This document shows, piece after piece, positions 8,593 through 18,410 of a stretch of DNA of 47,810 nt. A model generated the notes under the pieces. The model was not told the origin of the DNA. It searched no databases and saw only the letters and a program-made list of their open reading frames with translations. The position numbers were made by a program, and so were the translations under genes. Positions within the stretch are counted from its first letter, which is position 1. Every line of letters starts with the position of its first letter. This stretch comes from Candidatus Methylomirabilis sp. (lineage in GTDB: Bacteria; Methylomirabilota; Methylomirabilia; Methylomirabilales; 2-02-FULL-66-22), in the NCBI GenBank assembly GCA_037442485.1, contig JBBIQE010000007.1, positions 1 to 47,810 on the forward strand, in the 5' to 3' direction.

Positions 8593-9138
8593 ATGGCGAA
8601 ACCCCGGGTGGCAACGGCATCGCTGGCGGGCTGCTTCGGCTGCCACATGTCGCTGCTCGACATCGACGAGCGGATCCTGGAGCTCTTCGAGCTGGTGGAG
8701 CTGGACCGGTCCCCCCTGAACGACCTCAAGCACTTCACCGGCCGGTGCGCCATCGGCCTCGTCGAGGGGGGCTGCTGTAACGAGGAGAACGTGCGCGTCC
8801 TGCGCGAGTTCCGCGCCCACTGCGACCTCCTGGTGTCGGTGGGGGAGTGCGCCATCGGCGGCGGCATCCCCGCCATGCGAAACGGTCTGCCCCTGCGGGA
8901 GTGCCTGGACGAGGCCTACCGGAAGGGGCCCACGGTGTTCAACCCCTCGGGGGAGTACCCCAGCCACCCGGACCTCCCCCTGCTCCTGGACAAGGTCTAC
9001 CCCTGCCACGAGGTCGTCCAGGTGGATCACTTCATCCAGGGTTGTCCGCCGCCGGCCGACGCCATCTGGGCGACCCTCACGGCGCTGCTCCGGCAGCAGC
9101 CCGTGCGGCTCCCCTACCCGCTCGTGAAATACGATTGA
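8593..9138 (+). CDS. hoxY: [NiFe]-hydrogenase small subunit (one [4Fe-4S])
   Basis: LAGCFGCHMS, VGECAIGGGIPAMRN and GCPP; 181 aa. Confidence 0.93.
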   Translation: MAKPRVATASLAGCFGCHMSLLDIDERILELFELVELDRSPLNDLKHFTGRCAIGLVEGGCCNEENVRVLREFRAHCDLLVSVGECAIGGGIPAMRNGLPLRECLDEAYRKGPTVFNPSGEYPSHPDLPLLLDKVYPCHEVVQVDHFIQGCPPPADAIWATLTALLRQQPVRLPYPLVKYD

Positions 9139-9153
9139 GCGCGGAGACATGCT

Positions 9154-10620
9154 ATGGCACCCGTTGCCGGAAGCCCCCGGAAGATCGTCATCCAGCCCCT
9201 CACCCGTGTGGAGGGACACGGCAAGGTCACCATCCTGCTGGACGAGGAGGGGAGGGTGGAGCAGGCGCGGCTCCACATCGTGGAGTTCCGCGGCTTCGAG
9301 CGCTTCATCCAGGGCCGGCCCTTCTGGGAGGTCCCGGTCCTGGTGCAGCGGCTGTGCGGCATCTGCCCCGTCAGCCACCACCTGGCGGCGGCCAAGGCCA
9401 TGGACCGGATCGTGGGCGGGGAGCAGCTCACCGCTACGGCCGAGAAGGTGCGCCGGCTCATGCACTACGGCCAGATCCTCCAGTCGCACGCGCTGCACTT
9501 CTTCCACCTGGCCTCGCCGGACCTGCTCTTCGGCTTCGAGGCCGACCCCGGCCTCCGCAACGTGATCGGCGTGGCCCGGAAATACCCGGATCTCGCCCTC
9601 CAGGGGGTGAGGCTGCGCCAGTACGGGCAGGAGATCATCCGGGCCACCGCGGGCAAGAAGATCCACGGGACGGGCGCCATCCCCGGCGGCGTGAACAAGA
9701 ACCTCTCCATCGCCGAGCGGGACGGCTTCCTCACGGACATCGGGCAGATCCTGGACTGGTGCCGGGGCGCCCTCGCCCTCGCCCGTGACTACACCTCGGA
9801 GCATCTGAAGGAGCTGGCCGATTTCGGCTCCTTCGATTCGAACCACCTGTCGCTGGTCCGATCCGACGGCGCCCTGGATCTTTACCACGGCAACCTCCGC
9901 GCCATTGACGCGGCGGGCGGGAAGATCTTCGACCAGGTGGACTACCAGCACTACCTCGACTACATCGCCGAGGAGGTCAAGCCCTGGTCCTACATGAAGT
10001 TTCCCTTCCTCAGGTCGCTCGGCCCCGAGCGGGGCTTCTACCGCGTCGGCCCGCTGGCCCGCCTGAACGCCTGCGACTTCATCGACACCCCCGAGGCCGA
10101 GGCCGCCCGCAGGGAGTTCCGGGCCCTCACGGGCGGCCGGCCCAACCAGATCACCATGGCCTACCACTGGGCCCGCATGATCGAGCTCCTGCACGCGGCC
10201 GAGAAGATCCAGGCGCTGCTTCACGACCCGGATCTGCAGGGCAGCGACCTCGTGGTGGCGGGGGGGGCGCGGCGGGAGGAGGCCGTGGGCCTCATCGAGG
10301 CCCCGCGCGGGACGCTGTTCCACCACTACCGGGTAGACCGAAACGACCAGGTCGTCCGCTGCAACCTGATCGTCTCCACCACCAGCAACAACATGCCCAT
10401 GAACCTGGCCGTGGAGCGCGTGGCGCGCGAGTACCTGTCGGGGGCGGAACTCACGGAGGGGCTGCTCAACCGGATCGAGGTGGCCATCCGGGCCTACGAC
10501 CCGTGCCTGTCCTGTGCCACCCACGCCCTGGGCCAGATGCCGCTCCTGGTCGAGCTGCGGGACGCCGCGGGGCGGCTGCTGGACCGGAAGGTGCGGGGAG
10601 AGCCGGGCCATGGCGGATAG
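9154..10620 (+). CDS. hoxH: Group 3d [NiFe]-hydrogenase large subunit
   Basis: TRVEGHGK, RGFE, L1 RLCGICPVSHH, EAPRGTLFHHY and L2 DPCLSCATH followed by a cleavable C-terminal tail. Confidence 0.95.
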   Translation: MAPVAGSPRKIVIQPLTRVEGHGKVTILLDEEGRVEQARLHIVEFRGFERFIQGRPFWEVPVLVQRLCGICPVSHHLAAAKAMDRIVGGEQLTATAEKVRRLMHYGQILQSHALHFFHLASPDLLFGFEADPGLRNVIGVARKYPDLALQGVRLRQYGQEIIRATAGKKIHGTGAIPGGVNKNLSIAERDGFLTDIGQILDWCRGALALARDYTSEHLKELADFGSFDSNHLSLVRSDGALDLYHGNLRAIDAAGGKIFDQVDYQHYLDYIAEEVKPWSYMKFPFLRSLGPERGFYRVGPLARLNACDFIDTPEAEAARREFRALTGGRPNQITMAYHWARMIELLHAAEKIQALLHDPDLQGSDLVVAGGARREEAVGLIEAPRGTLFHHYRVDRNDQVVRCNLIVSTTSNNMPMNLAVERVAREYLSGAELTEGLLNRIEVAIRAYDPCLSCATHALGQMPLLVELRDAAGRLLDRKVRGEPGHGG

Positions 10621-11119
10621 CGTCCTGCTGATCGGGTACGGCAACCCGGGGCGCCGGGACGACGGCCTGGGGCCGGCGCTGGCCGAGGCGGTGGAGCGGC
10701 TGCGGCTCCCCGGGGTCACGGTGGAGAGCGACTACCAGCTCACGGTCGAGGCTGCGGCCGCCGTGGCGGCCCACCGCTACGTCATCTTCGCCGACGCCGC
10801 CCTGCGCGGCCCGGCGCCCTTCGCCTTCCGGGCGGTCCGCCCGACGGAGCACGCCGGCTTCAGCACCCACACGCTGGGGCCGGAGGCCGTCCTGGCCCTG
10901 GCCCGCGACCTCTTCCGGGCGGACACGCAGGGCTACGCCCTCGGGATCCGGGGCTACCGCTTCCACGAGTTCGGCGAGACCCTCTCCGACCGGGCCCGGG
11001 AGAACCTGGCGGCGGCCCTCCGCTTCCTGGTGCCCGTGCTGACCCATCGCGCCTTTGCCGACGCGGCGGCGACGGGCGGAAGGACTGAGGCGCCCGCCCA
11101 CTCGAGGAGCCGCCCATGA
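10610..11119 (+). CDS. hoxW: Hydrogenase maturation endopeptidase
   Basis: LLIGYGNPGRRDDGLG, VIFADA and STH motifs; start overlaps the end of hoxH. Confidence 0.88.
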   Translation: MADSVLLIGYGNPGRRDDGLGPALAEAVERLRLPGVTVESDYQLTVEAAAAVAAHRYVIFADAALRGPAPFAFRAVRPTEHAGFSTHTLGPEAVLALARDLFRADTQGYALGIRGYRFHEFGETLSDRARENLAAALRFLVPVLTHRAFADAAATGGRTEAPAHSRSRP

Positions 11120-11490
11120 GAAACGGAAAGCACGTCATTCTCTGCATCGATGACGACCCGGATTTCCTGGATACCATCCGCCTGGTCCTGGAAACGAGCG
11201 GCTACCTCATGGAGGAGGCAGACTCGGCGGAGGCGGGACTCCGGAAGTACAGGGAGACCCGGCCGGATCTCATCATCGTGGACCTCATGATGGAGGAGAT
11301 TGACTCGGGCACGAACTTCGTCAAGGAGCTCAGACTCCTGGGCAATACCGCCCCGGTGTACCTGCTGAGCTCGGCCGGAGACCAGTTCTTCATGGCCATC
11401 GACTACACCCAGCTCGGACTGGCCGGCGTCTTCCAGAAGCCGATTCAACCGGACATCCTGCTGTCCACGCTGCGGGAGAAGCTGAAGTGA
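11116..11490 (+). CDS. Single-domain response regulator (receiver only)
   Basis: ILCIDDD, PDLIIVDLMM (phospho-Asp) and QKP; 124 aa with no output domain; ATGA overlap with hoxW. Confidence 0.9.
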   Translation: MRNGKHVILCIDDDPDFLDTIRLVLETSGYLMEEADSAEAGLRKYRETRPDLIIVDLMMEEIDSGTNFVKELRLLGNTAPVYLLSSAGDQFFMAIDYTQLGLAGVFQKPIQPDILLSTLREKLK

Positions 11491-11578
11491 CCCCCGCGTC
11501 CGGCCGGACCGCCCCGGCCCGCCGCGTGCCCCAGGGGGATGCCAGCCGTGCCGCCTGAAGCCATCCGGGAGGGGGCCC

Positions 11579-13510
11579 ATGCCCGAGCAGCCGGTGGAGG
11601 TTGAGCCAACGCGGCCAGGCCCGACGCCCGAGGCGGCCGCCTTCCGCCTCCCCCTGGAAGCCGAACTCGTCGCCCGGGTCGCCTGGCTCATCCTGTGGCG
11701 CTGGGTGGCGGGGGCCGCGGTCATCCTCCTCAGCCTGATCGCGGCGCAGCTCTTCTCCCTGTCCATTCCCTGGGTCAAGCTCTGCCTCATCGGGGTCGCC
11801 ATCCTGGCCTACAACGGCCTCTTCACCTGGCGCCTCGCCGTCCTGCGCCGCACCGGGACCGCCTCCGTCCGGACCTTCAGCCACTTCGCCGCCCTTCAGA
11901 TCGTCCTGGACTGGCTGGCGCTCACCCTGGTCGTCCACTACACCGGCGGGATCGAGAGCCCCGCCCTGCCCTACTTCGTCTTCAACGCCATCGTGGCCAG
12001 CATCCTGCTGCCCGCCCGGACGGCCTTCCTCCTGGCGGCCTTCGGCGTCGCCCTGGTGGCGGGGCTGGCCTGGCTGGAGTACGGGGGCAGCCTCCCCCAC
12101 CTGCCCATCCCGGAGCTCAGCGACCCGGGACGGCAGGGCCCGGTGTTCCTGGCGACGGGGCTCGGCTTCTTCGTCAGCGCCATCCTGGTCACCATCTACC
12201 TGACCAGCTCCATCACCCGGCAGTTCGTCCGCCGCACCCGCGAGCTGGCCGAGCTGAAGCAGCACCTGGAGGACGCGTACCAGAAGATGCGGACCCTGTA
12301 CGAGACCTCCCGCGCGGTCAGTTCGTCCCTCAACCTCACCCAGGTGCTCTCCACCATCGTCCGCCAGGCCACCGAGGTCATGGGGGTCAAGGCCAGCTCC
12401 ATCCGCCTGCTGGACGAGGAGCGCCGCTTCCTCGAGGTGAGCGCGGCCTACGGGCTGAGCGAGGCGTACCTCACCAAGGGCAAGGTGGACCCGCAGCGGG
12501 GGGAGATGGATCGGCTGGCCCTCCAGGGCCAGCCCGTGGCCCTCCTGGATGCCACCGTGGACCCCCGCTTCCAGTACCCCGAGGAGGCGCGCAAGGAGGG
12601 CATCCGCTCCGTCCTGAGCGTCCCCATGCTGCTGTTGGATCAGGCCATCGGCGTTCTGCGCGTCTACACCAGCGAGATTCGCCGCTTCACGCCCGAGGAG
12701 ACCGAGTACCTCATGGCCCTGGCCAGCCAGGGCGCCGCGGCCATCCAGAACGCCCGCGCCTACCGGCGGCTCCAGGAGCTGGAAGAGGCCAAGTCCCGCT
12801 TCGTCTTCGCCGTCACCCACGAGCTGAAGGCCCCGGTGGCCGCCCTGCAGTCGCAACTCGCCGTGCTCCAGAAGGGCTTCGCCGGCGCACTGACCCCGCG
12901 GCAGCAGGAGCTCATCGATCGCGCCGCCCGGCGCCTGCACCGGCTGCAGGAGCTGCTCCGGGACCTGCTGGCCCTGGGGGCCCTGAAGGACCGGCTGCCC
13001 CTCCACAAGAAGACCGAGGTGAATCTGGCCGAGGTGGCGCGCCGGGTGGGGGAGAGCGTGCAGCCCGAGGCGGAGGCGCGCGGCCTCGCCCTCAGCCTGG
13101 ATCTGCCGGAGACACCGGTCCTCCTCCTCGGCACCGAGGAGGACATGCACCGGCTGGTGGGCAACCTCCTGGAGAACGCCGTGAAATACACCCCCGCGGG
13201 CGGCAAGGTCTCCCTCACCCTTCGGGCGGGGACTTCCGCGATCACCCTCGAGGTCTCGGACACCGGGATCGGCATCCCGCCGGAGGCCATGCCGCACATC
13301 TTCGAGGAGTTTTACCGGGGCCCCAACGCCAAGGCCGTGGACAAGGAGGGCACCGGCCTGGGGCTGTCCCTGGTCAAGCGCATCGTGGAGCTGTACCAGG
13401 GCCAGGTCCGCGTGGACAGCCAGCCCGGGCGGGGAACCACCTTCAGCGTGAGCCTCCCCCGCGACACGGGGGCCGGCCTCGAGAGCCTCCGCCAGGGCCC
13501 GACCCCCTGA
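11579..13510 (+). CDS. Membrane sensor histidine kinase (multi-TM + GAF + HisKA + HATPase)
   Basis: About 6 hydrophobic segments, GAF (GIRSVLSVPM..IGVLRVY), H-box THELKAP, N-box NLLENAVKY, DTGIGI and GTGLGL. Confidence 0.92.
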   Translation: MPEQPVEVEPTRPGPTPEAAAFRLPLEAELVARVAWLILWRWVAGAAVILLSLIAAQLFSLSIPWVKLCLIGVAILAYNGLFTWRLAVLRRTGTASVRTFSHFAALQIVLDWLALTLVVHYTGGIESPALPYFVFNAIVASILLPARTAFLLAAFGVALVAGLAWLEYGGSLPHLPIPELSDPGRQGPVFLATGLGFFVSAILVTIYLTSSITRQFVRRTRELAELKQHLEDAYQKMRTLYETSRAVSSSLNLTQVLSTIVRQATEVMGVKASSIRLLDEERRFLEVSAAYGLSEAYLTKGKVDPQRGEMDRLALQGQPVALLDATVDPRFQYPEEARKEGIRSVLSVPMLLLDQAIGVLRVYTSEIRRFTPEETEYLMALASQGAAAIQNARAYRRLQELEEAKSRFVFAVTHELKAPVAALQSQLAVLQKGFAGALTPRQQELIDRAARRLHRLQELLRDLLALGALKDRLPLHKKTEVNLAEVARRVGESVQPEAEARGLALSLDLPETPVLLLGTEEDMHRLVGNLLENAVKYTPAGGKVSLTLRAGTSAITLEVSDTGIGIPPEAMPHIFEEFYRGPNAKAVDKEGTGLGLSLVKRIVELYQGQVRVDSQPGRGTTFSVSLPRDTGAGLESLRQGPTP

Positions 13511-13602
13511 TCCCGACGATCGGCATCCGGGGCGCCACCCCTGCGGCGCGTCCGGGCCTGCCCGCCCATCCTCCTCTGCCCCAGAGTTTTCCGGCCTTTT
13601 CC

Positions 13603-13631
13603 TTGACAGGCCCTCCGCCCAGGGCTAGACT
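13603..13631 (+). promoter_or_regulatory. sigma70 promoter of glyA-nrdR
   Basis: TTGACA-N17-TAGACT, 55 nt upstream of glyA. Confidence 0.75.
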
Positions 13632-13686
13632 CCAGTGATTTTGCCGCGGCCTCGTCAACCGCGCAGCCCTGGGGAGGGGAGCGACC

Positions 13687-14937
13687 GTGAAGCGATTGAT
13701 TGACGTGGATCCCGAGATCGCACAGGTCATCCGCCTGGAGACGGAGCGCCAGGCCTCCAAGCTCGAGCTGATCGCCTCGGAGAACTTCGTGAGCGAGGCC
13801 GTGCTGGAGGCGATGGGATCGCCCCTGACCAACAAGTATGCCGAAGGGTACCCGGGCAAACGCTACTACGGGGGCTGCGAGTTCGTGGATGTGGCCGAGA
13901 CGCTGGCCATCCAGCGGGCCAAGCAGCTCTTCGGGGCCGAGCACGTGAACGTGCAACCGCACTCCGGCGCGCAGGCCAACATGGCGGCCTACTTCTCGGT
14001 GCTGGAGCACGGCGACACCTTTCTCGGATTGAACCTGGCCCATGGAGGGCATCTCACCCACGGCAGCCCGGTCAACTTCTCCGGCCGCTTCTTCAACGTG
14101 GTCGCCTACGGGGTGGATCGGACCACCGAGCGCATTGACATGGCCGAGGTCCGACGACTGGCCAAGGCGCACCGCCCCAAGCTCATCGTCACGGGGGGAA
14201 GTGCCTACCCTCGCAGGCTTGATTTCGCCGCGTTCAAGGAGGTGGCGGAGGAGGTGGGCGCGCTCCTCATGGCGGACATCGCCCACCCGGCCGGGATCAT
14301 CGCCGCCGGGCTCCACCCCTCGCCCATCCCCCACTGCGACCTGGTGACGACGACCACCCACAAGACGCTCCGGGGACCGCGCGGCGGCATGATCATGTGC
14401 AAGGCCGCCCTGGCGGCGGCCGTCAACAAGACCATGTTTCCGGGCATGCAGGGGGGCCCCCTGATGCACGTCATCGCGGCCAAGGCGGTGGCCTTCAAAG
14501 AGGCCCTCAGCCCGGAGTTCCGAGAGTACCAGCGCCAGATCGTGGCCAACGCGGCCGCACTGGCCGAGGCGCTCATGGCCCGGGGCTTCCGGCTGGTCTC
14601 GGGCGGGACGGATACCCACGTGATGCTGGTGGATCTGGCGCCCCAGGGCCTCACGGGCAAGGCGGCCGAGACGGCGCTGGATCGGGCCGGCATCACCGTC
14701 AACAAGAACGCCATCCCCTTCGACGTGAGGCCCCCGACGGTCACCTCGGGCATCCGCCTCGGCACACCGGCCCTCACCACGCGGGGGATGCGCGAGGCCG
14801 AGATGCGGCTGGTGGCCGGCCTGATCGCGGACGTCCTGGCGGACGTCGAGGACACCGCCCGGCAGGCCAGGGTGGCGGGCCAGGTGCGGGAGCTTTGCGC
14901 TGCCTTCCCCCTGTACCGGGAGCGGCTGCTGCCCTGA
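13687..14937 (+). CDS. glyA: Serine hydroxymethyltransferase
   Basis: [44 protein letters not shown] and [14 protein letters not shown]. Confidence 0.98.
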   Translation: MKRLIDVDPEIAQVIRLETERQASKLELIASENFVSEAVLEAMGSPLTNKYAEGYPGKRYYGGCEFVDVAETLAIQRAKQLFGAEHVNVQPHSGAQANMAAYFSVLEHGDTFLGLNLAHGGHLTHGSPVNFSGRFFNVVAYGVDRTTERIDMAEVRRLAKAHRPKLIVTGGSAYPRRLDFAAFKEVAEEVGALLMADIAHPAGIIAAGLHPSPIPHCDLVTTTTHKTLRGPRGGMIMCKAALAAAVNKTMFPGMQGGPLMHVIAAKAVAFKEALSPEFREYQRQIVANAAALAEALMARGFRLVSGGTDTHVMLVDLAPQGLTGKAAETALDRAGITVNKNAIPFDVRPPTVTSGIRLGTPALTTRGMREAEMRLVAGLIADVLADVEDTARQARVAGQVRELCAAFPLYRERLLP

Positions 14938-14978
14938 CCGGCGGCCGGGCGCGGCCGATCCGCTGCGGAGCCATTGCG

Positions 14979-15449
14979 GTGCGCTGTCCCTACTGCGGTC
15001 ACCTCTCCGAGAAGGTGGTGGACTCGCGCGAGGGCAAGGACGGCGAGGTCATCCGCCGCCGCCGGGAGTGCCTGCAGTGCCACCGCCGCTTCACCACCTA
15101 CGAGCGGATCGAGGAGATCCACTTCATGGTGGTGAAGAAGGACGGGCGCCGCGAGCCCTTCGACCGGCACAAGCTGCTGAGCGGCCTGCTCAAGGCCACC
15201 CAGAAGCGGCCGGTAAGCGTGGCCCAGCTCGAGGCCATCGTGGACGACATCGAGGCCCGCCTGGCGGAGAAGCCGGACCGCGAGATCCAGAGCAGCGAGG
15301 TGGGCGAGCTGATCATGAAGCGCCTGCACGACCTGGACGAGGTGGCCTACGTCCGGTTCGCGTCCGTCTACCGCCAGTTCAAGGACGTCCACCAGTTCGT
15401 GGAAGAGGTCAAGGGCCTCCTCGACTCGGGCAAGAAGGCCAAGGAGTAG
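14979..15449 (+). CDS. nrdR: Transcriptional repressor NrdR
   Basis: GTG start [32 protein letters not shown]-cone [13 protein letters not shown] and [15 protein letters not shown]. Confidence 0.97.
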   Translation: MRCPYCGHLSEKVVDSREGKDGEVIRRRRECLQCHRRFTTYERIEEIHFMVVKKDGRREPFDRHKLLSGLLKATQKRPVSVAQLEAIVDDIEARLAEKPDREIQSSEVGELIMKRLHDLDEVAYVRFASVYRQFKDVHQFVEEVKGLLDSGKKAKE

Positions 15450-15458
15450 GCCACAGGG

Positions 15459-15579
15459 TGTTGCGCGCCCGGGGCGCAAGGACCGGACCTGCGGGACCAG
15501 GAACTTCCTGCACAGGGCCTCCGACCACTCTTCCCCAGGGAATCCGTTCGGTTGTTGCGCCCCAGCGCAAGAACCAGGA
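15459..15579 (+). repeat. Two copies of a palindromic motif in the nrdR-sirC spacer
   Basis: TGTTGCGC-GCCCGGG-GCGCAAGGACCGGA (15459-15488) and TGTTGCGC-CCCA-GCGCAAGAACCAGGA (15553-15579). Confidence 0.6.
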
Positions 15580-15599
15580 TGCCTCGCCCATCCCGCGCC

Positions 15600-16283
15600 A
15601 TGCGGAAGCTGTATCCGATGATGGTGGATCTGACCGGAAAGCGCTGCCTGATCGCGGGCGGCGGGACGGTGGCGGAGCGCAAGGTGGCCCGGCTCGTGGA
15701 GTGCGGCGCCGAGGTCGTGGTCGTGAGCCCCCGGGTCACGGCGCGCCTGCGGGCCCTGGCCGCGGCGGGACGGATCACGCTGCGGCGCCGGCCCGTTCGC
15801 CCCGCGGATCTCGCCCGGGCCTTCCTGGTGGTGGCGGCAACGGATGATCCGGAGGTCAACCGCGCGGTCGCCGCCGGGGCCCGGCGCGCCGGCAGCCTGG
15901 TCAACGTGGCGGACGACCCCGCGGCCTGTAGCTTCCTCGTCCCCTCGGTGCTCCGGCGCGGGGACCTCACCGTCGCCATCTCTACCGGCGGCGGCAGCCC
16001 GGCCCTGGCCAAGAAGCTGCGGGAGCGGCTGGAGCAGACCGTCGGCCCCGAGTACGCGGCCTTCCTCGCCGCCCTGGGCCGGCTGCGCCGGCGGGCGCGC
16101 GAGGTCATCGCGGATCCGGAGGCGCGGCGGGCCATCTACCGGCGGGCCGTGGAGTCGGACCTGTTCGAGGCCGCGGCCCGGGGCGATGCGGCCAGGGTGG
16201 CGGCGCGGATCGAGGCGCTCCTCGCCCGGGCCGGGGGCGCGGGCCGGGATGGGATGGGGCGGACTGACGGCCATGGACACTGA
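15600..16283 (+). CDS. Precorrin-2 dehydrogenase / sirohydrochlorin ferrochelatase (Met8/SirC/CysG N-terminal type)
   Basis: LYPMMVDLTGKRCLIAGGGTVAERK, VAATDD, LVNVADDP and AISTGGGSPALAKKLR. Confidence 0.92.
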   Translation: MRKLYPMMVDLTGKRCLIAGGGTVAERKVARLVECGAEVVVVSPRVTARLRALAAAGRITLRRRPVRPADLARAFLVVAATDDPEVNRAVAAGARRAGSLVNVADDPAACSFLVPSVLRRGDLTVAISTGGGSPALAKKLRERLEQTVGPEYAAFLAALGRLRRRAREVIADPEARRAIYRRAVESDLFEAAARGDAARVAARIEALLARAGGAGRDGMGRTDGHGH

Positions 16284-17088
16284 CTACATCCTCTTCTACC
16301 TGGCCCTCCTGGGGTATCTGCTGGGGACGCTCCACTACCTGCTCTACATCGCCAGCCAGCGGCCGAGTCTCGGCCGGGTGGCGACCTACACCACCCTGGC
16401 CGGCTTTGCCGCCCACTCCCTGTCCCTGGCCTTCCGGGTCTACACCCTGGGCCGGCCGCCCCTGGGAAGCCTCTACGAGAGCTTCTCCGTCCTCGCCTGG
16501 GCCATCGTCCTGATCTACCTCGTCACCGAGTTCCGCTACGGCAACCGGGTCATCGGGGCCTTCGTCCTGCCCCTGGTCCTCCTGGCGGGATCGGTGGCCG
16601 CGGCCCTGCCCCGCCGCCTGGCGGAGCTGGGGCCCCACCTGCAGGGCGTGGGACTGTGGGTGCACGTGGCCCTGGCCATTCTGGGCAACGCCGCCTTCGC
16701 CCTCACCTTCTGCGCGGGCCTCATGTACATCCTGCAGGAGCGGCAGCTCAAGTCCCGGCACCCGGGCCGGATGCACTTTCGCCTCCCCTCGCTGGAGCTG
16801 CTGGATGACGTCAGCGTGAAGTCGCTCCTCTTCGGGTTCCCGCTGCTCACCCTGGCGCTCATCACCGGGTCCATCTGGGCCGGGCACGCGCGGGGCTCCT
16901 TCCTGCCCCTGTATGGCCGCGAGACCTGGTCCATCCTGAGCTGGCTGATCTACGGCGGGCTGCTGTACGCCCGCCTGTCCGCGGGCTGGCGGGGACGCAA
17001 GGCCGCCATCCTGGCGATCATCGGGTTCTGCCTGGTCCTGTTCACGCTGATCGGCGTGAGTCTGCTGCGCACCGGGCGGGTGCTGTAG
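16273..17088 (+). CDS. CcsA/HemX-family membrane protein
   Basis: About 8 TM, WVHVALA, LPSLELLD, GSIWA and GWRGRKAA; directly upstream of hemA; WWD motif degenerate. Confidence 0.85.
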   Translation: MDTDYILFYLALLGYLLGTLHYLLYIASQRPSLGRVATYTTLAGFAAHSLSLAFRVYTLGRPPLGSLYESFSVLAWAIVLIYLVTEFRYGNRVIGAFVLPLVLLAGSVAAALPRRLAELGPHLQGVGLWVHVALAILGNAAFALTFCAGLMYILQERQLKSRHPGRMHFRLPSLELLDDVSVKSLLFGFPLLTLALITGSIWAGHARGSFLPLYGRETWSILSWLIYGGLLYARLSAGWRGRKAAILAIIGFCLVLFTLIGVSLLRTGRVL

Positions 17089-17109
17089 GGCGCTTGCGGA
17101 CGGCGACGC

Positions 17110-18387
17110 ATGGAAATTCTGGTCGTCGGATTGAGCCACAAGACGGCGCCGATTGAACTGCGCGAGCGGCTCAACGTCCCCGAGTCGGAGCTGTCCAAGC
17201 CCCTGGAGCTGATGGGGGAGGTGCCCGAGCTCGTGGAGCGCATGCTCCTGTCCACCTGCAATCGGGTGGAGGTGTATGCGGTCGCGGAGGGCGAGGTCGA
17301 GAAGGCGGCCGAGGCCATCGCCGACTGCCTGGCCGCCTACCGCAACGTGGAGAGGGCCGCCTTCGCGGACAGGCTGTACACCTTCGTGGCCGCCGAGGCC
17401 GTGCGGCACATCTTCCGCGTCGCCTCCAGCCTGGATTCCATGGTGGTGGGCGAGCCGCAGATCCTGGGCCAGGTCAAGGCTGCCTATGCCGTGGCCCAGG
17501 CCCGCGAGGCCACCGGCATCATCCTGAACAACCTGCTGGAGCAGGCGTTCCACGTGGCCAAGCGGGTGCGGAGCGAGACCGGCATCGCCGCCTCGGCCGT
17601 GTCCGTCTCCTCGGCCGCGGTGGAGCTGGCCCGGAAGATCTTCGGGGACCTGACCGGCCGCTCCGTGCTCATCCTCGGCGCCGGCGAGATGGCCGAGCTG
17701 GCGCTGCGGCACCTGGTGGAGGACGGCGTCCGCTCGGTCCTGGTCGCCAACCGGAGCTATGACCGAGCGGTGACGCTGGCGCGACAGTTCTGCGGCCGCG
17801 CCGTGACCTACGAGGCCTTCCGCCAGGAGATGGTGGGGGCCGACATCGTGATCAGCGCCACTAGCGCGCCCCACGTGATCCTCAAGAAGGAGGACATGCA
17901 GGCCATCATCCAGCAGCGCCGCCACCGTCCCATCTTCCTCATCGACATCGCCGACCCGCGCGACATTGACCCGGCGTGCAACGAGGTGGACAACGTCTAC
18001 CTCTACAACATCGACGACCTGCAGTCGGTGGTGGAGGCCAACCTGAAGGAGCGCAAGCGCGAGGCCGAGCGGGCCGAGGCCATCATCGAGCGCGAGGTGG
18101 GGGTGTACATGAACTGGCTGCGCTCGCTGGACGTGGTGCCGACCATCGTCTCCCTCCGGCGGCGGGTGGAGCAGATCCGGGACGCCGAGCTGACCAAGGC
18201 CCTGGGGCGGATGGGCGATCTCACCCCCGAACAGCGGGCGGCCATCACGGCCATGAGCCATGCCATGGTGAACAAGATCCTCCACCAGCCCATGACGGAG
18301 CTGAAGCGGCGCGCCGCCCACCAGGACGGCCACGTGTACACCAGCGTGCTGCGGCGGCTGTTCGGGCTGGAGGACAAGGGCCCGTGA
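17110..18387 (+). CDS. hemA: Glutamyl-tRNA reductase
   Basis: GLSHKTAPIELRE, LSTCNRVE, SLDSMVVGEPQILGQVK, GAGEM and DIADPRDID. Confidence 0.97.
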   Translation: MEILVVGLSHKTAPIELRERLNVPESELSKPLELMGEVPELVERMLLSTCNRVEVYAVAEGEVEKAAEAIADCLAAYRNVERAAFADRLYTFVAAEAVRHIFRVASSLDSMVVGEPQILGQVKAAYAVAQAREATGIILNNLLEQAFHVAKRVRSETGIAASAVSVSSAAVELARKIFGDLTGRSVLILGAGEMAELALRHLVEDGVRSVLVANRSYDRAVTLARQFCGRAVTYEAFRQEMVGADIVISATSAPHVILKKEDMQAIIQQRRHRPIFLIDIADPRDIDPACNEVDNVYLYNIDDLQSVVEANLKERKREAERAEAIIEREVGVYMNWLRSLDVVPTIVSLRRRVEQIRDAELTKALGRMGDLTPEQRAAITAMSHAMVNKILHQPMTELKRRAAHQDGHVYTSVLRRLFGLEDKGP

Positions 18388-18410
18388 GGCGGGGGCCGGG
18401 AGCCGGCGGA

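Noticed and set aside
9154-10620. [NiFeSe] hydrogenase, given the nearby selenoprotein
   Set aside because: L2 motif is DPCLSC with ordinary Cys codons and no in-frame TGA.
13632-13686. Riboswitch (ZTP/THF/glycine) ahead of glyA
   Set aside because: The leader is only about 50 nt and lacks recognisable aptamer motifs.
13845-13856. GGGTACCCGG in glyA as a copy of the 21-bp element
   Set aside because: It encodes the universally conserved EGYPG of SHMT.
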